From the NCBI GenBank assembly GCA_008632985.1, contig QPGO01000191.1, forward strand, positions 62,001 to 126,000: DNA of 64,000 nt, in the 5' to 3' direction. The notes beneath the pieces are model-generated. The model was not told the DNA's origin. It saw nothing but the letters and a program-made list of their open reading frames with translations, and ran no database searches. Of the stretch, positions 60,640 through 64,000 are shown one piece after another; the first letter of the stretch is position 1, and every line of letters starts with the position of its first letter. The DNA comes from Psammoneis japonica (lineage: Eukaryota). A program made the translations under genes and the position numbers.

Positions 60640-61800
60640 CTACTTTTGAGTTTCGCGTCTCTCGTTGAGCCACTCTGAATGGTCCATAACAAGATTGCCA
60701 CCCCACATGGTGGGCAAAGCGTCGTTGCTAATGCCATACGTTGCAAGTGTTTCGATGACTTTCTCGTTCGATCCTTTGTGTACATAAAGACGCTTCCTTA
60801 ACTTTGGGCCGAGAAACAGTTTCGTTGTCTTGACAACCACATTGATGACGCTTGTAGGGTGACAGATGTGAAGAGCTGCCACCCGAATCGGCAAAACGCC
60901 TCTACAATAATATGCCATCGACTTGGTGGCCAGCGGGTCCCACTGAGATAAGTTGTGCACAGTATTGAAAAGTCCCACCACCCCACGCTTCTGCGAGTCC
61001 TCGTCTTCAAGTGCCGCATGGACCATGTACCAGAAGGCTCTCGCCAAGCTTCTTCGCTCGTACTTGCCGTTGTCGCCGGTTGTGAAATCTCCAAAGAGAA
61101 TCGCTCTGCCGTCCCTGTCCTTGTGGCCCGTCAGACGAACAAGACCTCGACCTTCGGTAAGCGCGACATGGTCATCCTTTAGCGCCCCATCAAGTGTAAG
61201 TGGTAGAAAGGCTTTCTCTGTTCCAAACAATTCAATGCGCTTGTCCCAGTACAGGACGAAACGAGCGACCGCCGCCTCGACATTTAATACTTCGCATCGA
61301 AGAAACACAAGTTTGAACTTCCGGTCTTTGACCAGATCAGGGCACTTCTCCAGTGCTTGCGTGTAGCCTTGTTTCTTCTTAGCCGGAATGCGGTTAATTT
61401 CTTTTTCAAACTCTTTCTGTTTTTCTTCGAGTAGGTCAGGAGTCTCCTCTGGTGTCGGTGTCTGTCCATAGATGGATTCCAGCGATGCTCCTTTGTCATC
61501 GGTTGGAGTTTTCTGTCCCTTTTCAAAAAATTCCTCGAGATCCTTCGATCGCATGAGCTCAACGAATGCGTCGAACGTCATCAGAACATCCTTTGCTTTC
61601 GAGTCGGTGCCGTTGTCCACCTTCACCATCAAATTATACACAGAAGACCGATTTCGTCTCTGGCCTCCCATCTGTTCCAAACCAAGATGGAGCTCCTCGA
61701 CATCGATGACTCCATCTCCATTTAGGTCATAGCTGTCAAAGGCGGCACGGTAGGTGGCCAACTCCTCCTCTGTTGCTTCGCTCTGAACGGAAGTTGCCAT
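60640..61800 (-). CDS. EF-hand plus CRAL-TRIO (Sec14-like) lipid-binding protein
   Basis: AFDSYDLNGDGVIDVEEL; FLRCE..NVEAAVARFVLYW..R, LPIRVAALHICH, LGPKLRKR, LPTMWGG. Confidence 0.88.
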   Translation of the reverse strand: MATSVQSEATEEELATYRAAFDSYDLNGDGVIDVEELHLGLEQMGGQRRNRSSVYNLMVKVDNGTDSKAKDVLMTFDAFVELMRSKDLEEFFEKGQKTPTDDKGASLESIYGQTPTPEETPDLLEEKQKEFEKEINRIPAKKKQGYTQALEKCPDLVKDRKFKLVFLRCEVLNVEAAVARFVLYWDKRIELFGTEKAFLPLTLDGALKDDHVALTEGRGLVRLTGHKDRDGRAILFGDFTTGDNGKYERRSLARAFWYMVHAALEDEDSQKRGVVGLFNTVHNLSQWDPLATKSMAYYCRGVLPIRVAALHICHPTSVINVVVKTTKLFLGPKLRKRLYVHKGSNEKVIETLATYGISNDALPTMWGGNLVMDHSEWLNERRETQK

Positions 61801-61929
61801 GGTAGGTACAGCTTATTTCTGTCTCGGAACTCACGCCGGTACCATAGACTAATAAATACCGGTAGGTAGGGCCCTACTCTCCTACTTCGTATTATATCTA
61901 CAGGTAGGAAAAAAGGGCAATTTTTTCAC

Positions 61930-64000
61930 ATTCGTGGCCGGTTTAAAGGAAAAGGGAAAAAAGGAGGGGATTCCGACAGTTGAACACACACACAATTTGA
62001 CCATGCAACCAGGGCCAGAGTTGCACTGGCTTCTTTTGGTCCAGGGTGGTTGCTGCAGGTGCAAAGAGTGGGGCACATTGCAGCTGCAGGAGGGCAACAA
62101 TGTGACTCTGAGTGTGTGCTGCCAAGCTGAGAAGCCCAGCTTGGTTGTGAGCCAAGCCCTGCCAGGCCTGCTGCCCTGGCTCCACAGCTGCTCCTCCTGG
62201 TGTGTGCATCAATTGTTGAAGGAGCACCACATTGACTCAAAGGCTGTGTTTTGGGTGGAACAGAGAGGGAAAGAATTGTTGTCCTCTTGACTGGTGCTTG
62301 CTTCAGACCCCACATCATGAGCACAAGCTCCTCTTGAGAAATGAGTGAGAGACACTTCACACAGTCATTTTTGGTGCCTCTCTTTGGCTGCCCACTTGGC
62401 ATTGCCAACAAACTCTTGAACCCAACCTCACTCACAATTTCTTCACCCTTCAACCACAAAAGCAGGCTCAACTTTTTGTTGGCTTTTTTGTGGCCAGGGA
62501 TCACTGTTGCAGGCACAAATGGTGGGCACATGCCATGTGGCTCTGCTTGGCAACAATGTGATGCCAAGCAAGCATGTGCCACCCACCAAGGAGCCAAGCA
62601 GCCCAGCTCAGCTTTGAATGGAGCTCCAGGACAGCAGCCAGCTCTTGGTGCTCCCAGCATGGCTTGCTTGCTCAAGCTGTGCTGCATTCACCCCACAATG
62701 CTCTGTGTTGTGGTGGCTTGTCGCAAGCCATGAGGAGTCTGCAGTTGGCCAGGGGCCCATTTTGTAAAGGCCACACATGTTGTGTGAGGGGCCAGGTGCA
62801 GAGATCTGCAACAACAGCTTTGTGGCTGTTGGCACCAAGTTGGCATTTGATTGGGAGTCAGTGCTGAGGGGCTGTGAAGTGGCTGTGCTGGGGTCAGGAG
62901 CCCAGCCAGCTCACACTCTCTTGTTGTCACAAATTGCTGTCACAGCTGTCTTTGCATTGCAACCAGCCAGGTGCAGTTGGTCCCAAGCTGGCACTTGATT
63001 TGGAGTGACTGCCAAGGAACTGTGAAGTGTGGGGTTGGGCAGTCCAGCCAGCTCACACTCTTTGCTGACAGCAGAAAGTGCTGTCACACCTGTCTTTGCA
63101 TTGTGGTGCCAGCCAGGCACACATGGCCAGAGCAGCCTTGGCACATCCTGCTGACAAAACTGGCAAAACAGCAGCTCTTGTGGTTGGGCCAGCATGCAGG
63201 CAGTCTGGGCACACCCCTGGGAAGTCAAACAGGAAGGAGGGCTCAGCATTGCCGCCAGTGCCAGAAACATGCTCAGCAGCTTGTCTTGAGAGAGATTCGA
63301 GCCCACACAGCCCCGAGCTGGGTGTCTTGGCTGGCAGGTTGGAAAGCATTCTTGAGCACAGTCTGGTGTGTGGGTGGCACTGTCACCAAGAGAGCTGCTC
63401 TGCAGAGGAAGAGGGAAACAGGCAACAGCATTTTGCAAGAACTGTTTTTTTTTTCAATGGTTGGGTGGGATGGGGCAGCATCTGGACTTTGACGGAGCAT
63501 TTGGCGGACAAAGCTTGAGCACAGAGAGCTGTCCACTCAAGCTCCACAAGTGGCACATTCCAAAGGTGACACCACACATGGGCCATTTGTTCATGCATCA
63601 ACATGCATCAAGCTGCAAGTCTCACAAAAAACCACCACCAACCTTTCAACCAACCACCATGGAGGAGAGAACAGGGCAAGAGGTTCGAAACAAGAGTGAT
63701 TCGTTGACTCTCTTCTTGTTTCATGCATTCAAGAGCTTCTTGTCCTTCTTGAACATTTGTTGTGCATTGTTGTCTCTTTTAATTCAAGTGCAAAGAGGAA
63801 TCACTTTTCTTGTTTCTTTCTCTTGAGGGGTTGTTGGTTGTTGAGTGATGCAATTTTTGTTGTCACATTTTTGGAAATGTTGGCAAACCCGATCACTGGC
63901 TTGATTGTCAACCCATTCACCATTTTAAGTCTCCATGGCATAAAATGCCATAAGCCCAGAGCCCTCAATTGTTTCATCAAACGCAGTGCTTTGCACACGT
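61930..64000. other. TpA/CpG-depleted degenerate repeat or transposon relic running off the window
   Basis: Almost no TA and very few CG between about 61960 and 63770; short internal duplication cagccagctcacactct near 62903 and 63046. Confidence 0.7.

Overview
Eukaryotic nuclear DNA, most likely from a diatom (GT-AG introns of about 75-115 bp, a bipartite plastid presequence, diatom-type Ty1/copia elements). Ordinary genes lie at both ends: RING-H2 ligase, alpha/beta hydrolase, CCT5, RPL31, Nudix, DHQase/shikimate dehydrogenase, BCS1-like AAA, BCAT, MDR oxidoreductase, NFU1, TRAPPC11 and EF-hand/CRAL-TRIO. They flank a nested transposon block of about 23.5 kb (about 20.5-44.1 kb) and several smaller repeat islands. 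The main signal is that repetitive DNA, but not neighbouring single-copy genes, has lost almost all TpA dinucleotides by TA->TG/CA change on both strands. Conserved Tyr codons have become Cys/His (RT YVDD->CVDD) and TAA/TAG stops have become CAA/CAG. LTR pairs, a target-site duplication and MITE TIRs indicate this happened in genomic DNA after insertion, while CpGs in the younger elements survive. This suggests a repeat-targeted, RIP-like A:T->G:C hypermutation process at TpA. I cannot tell from this window whether it has been described, and no causal gene is visible here. All counts were made by eye.
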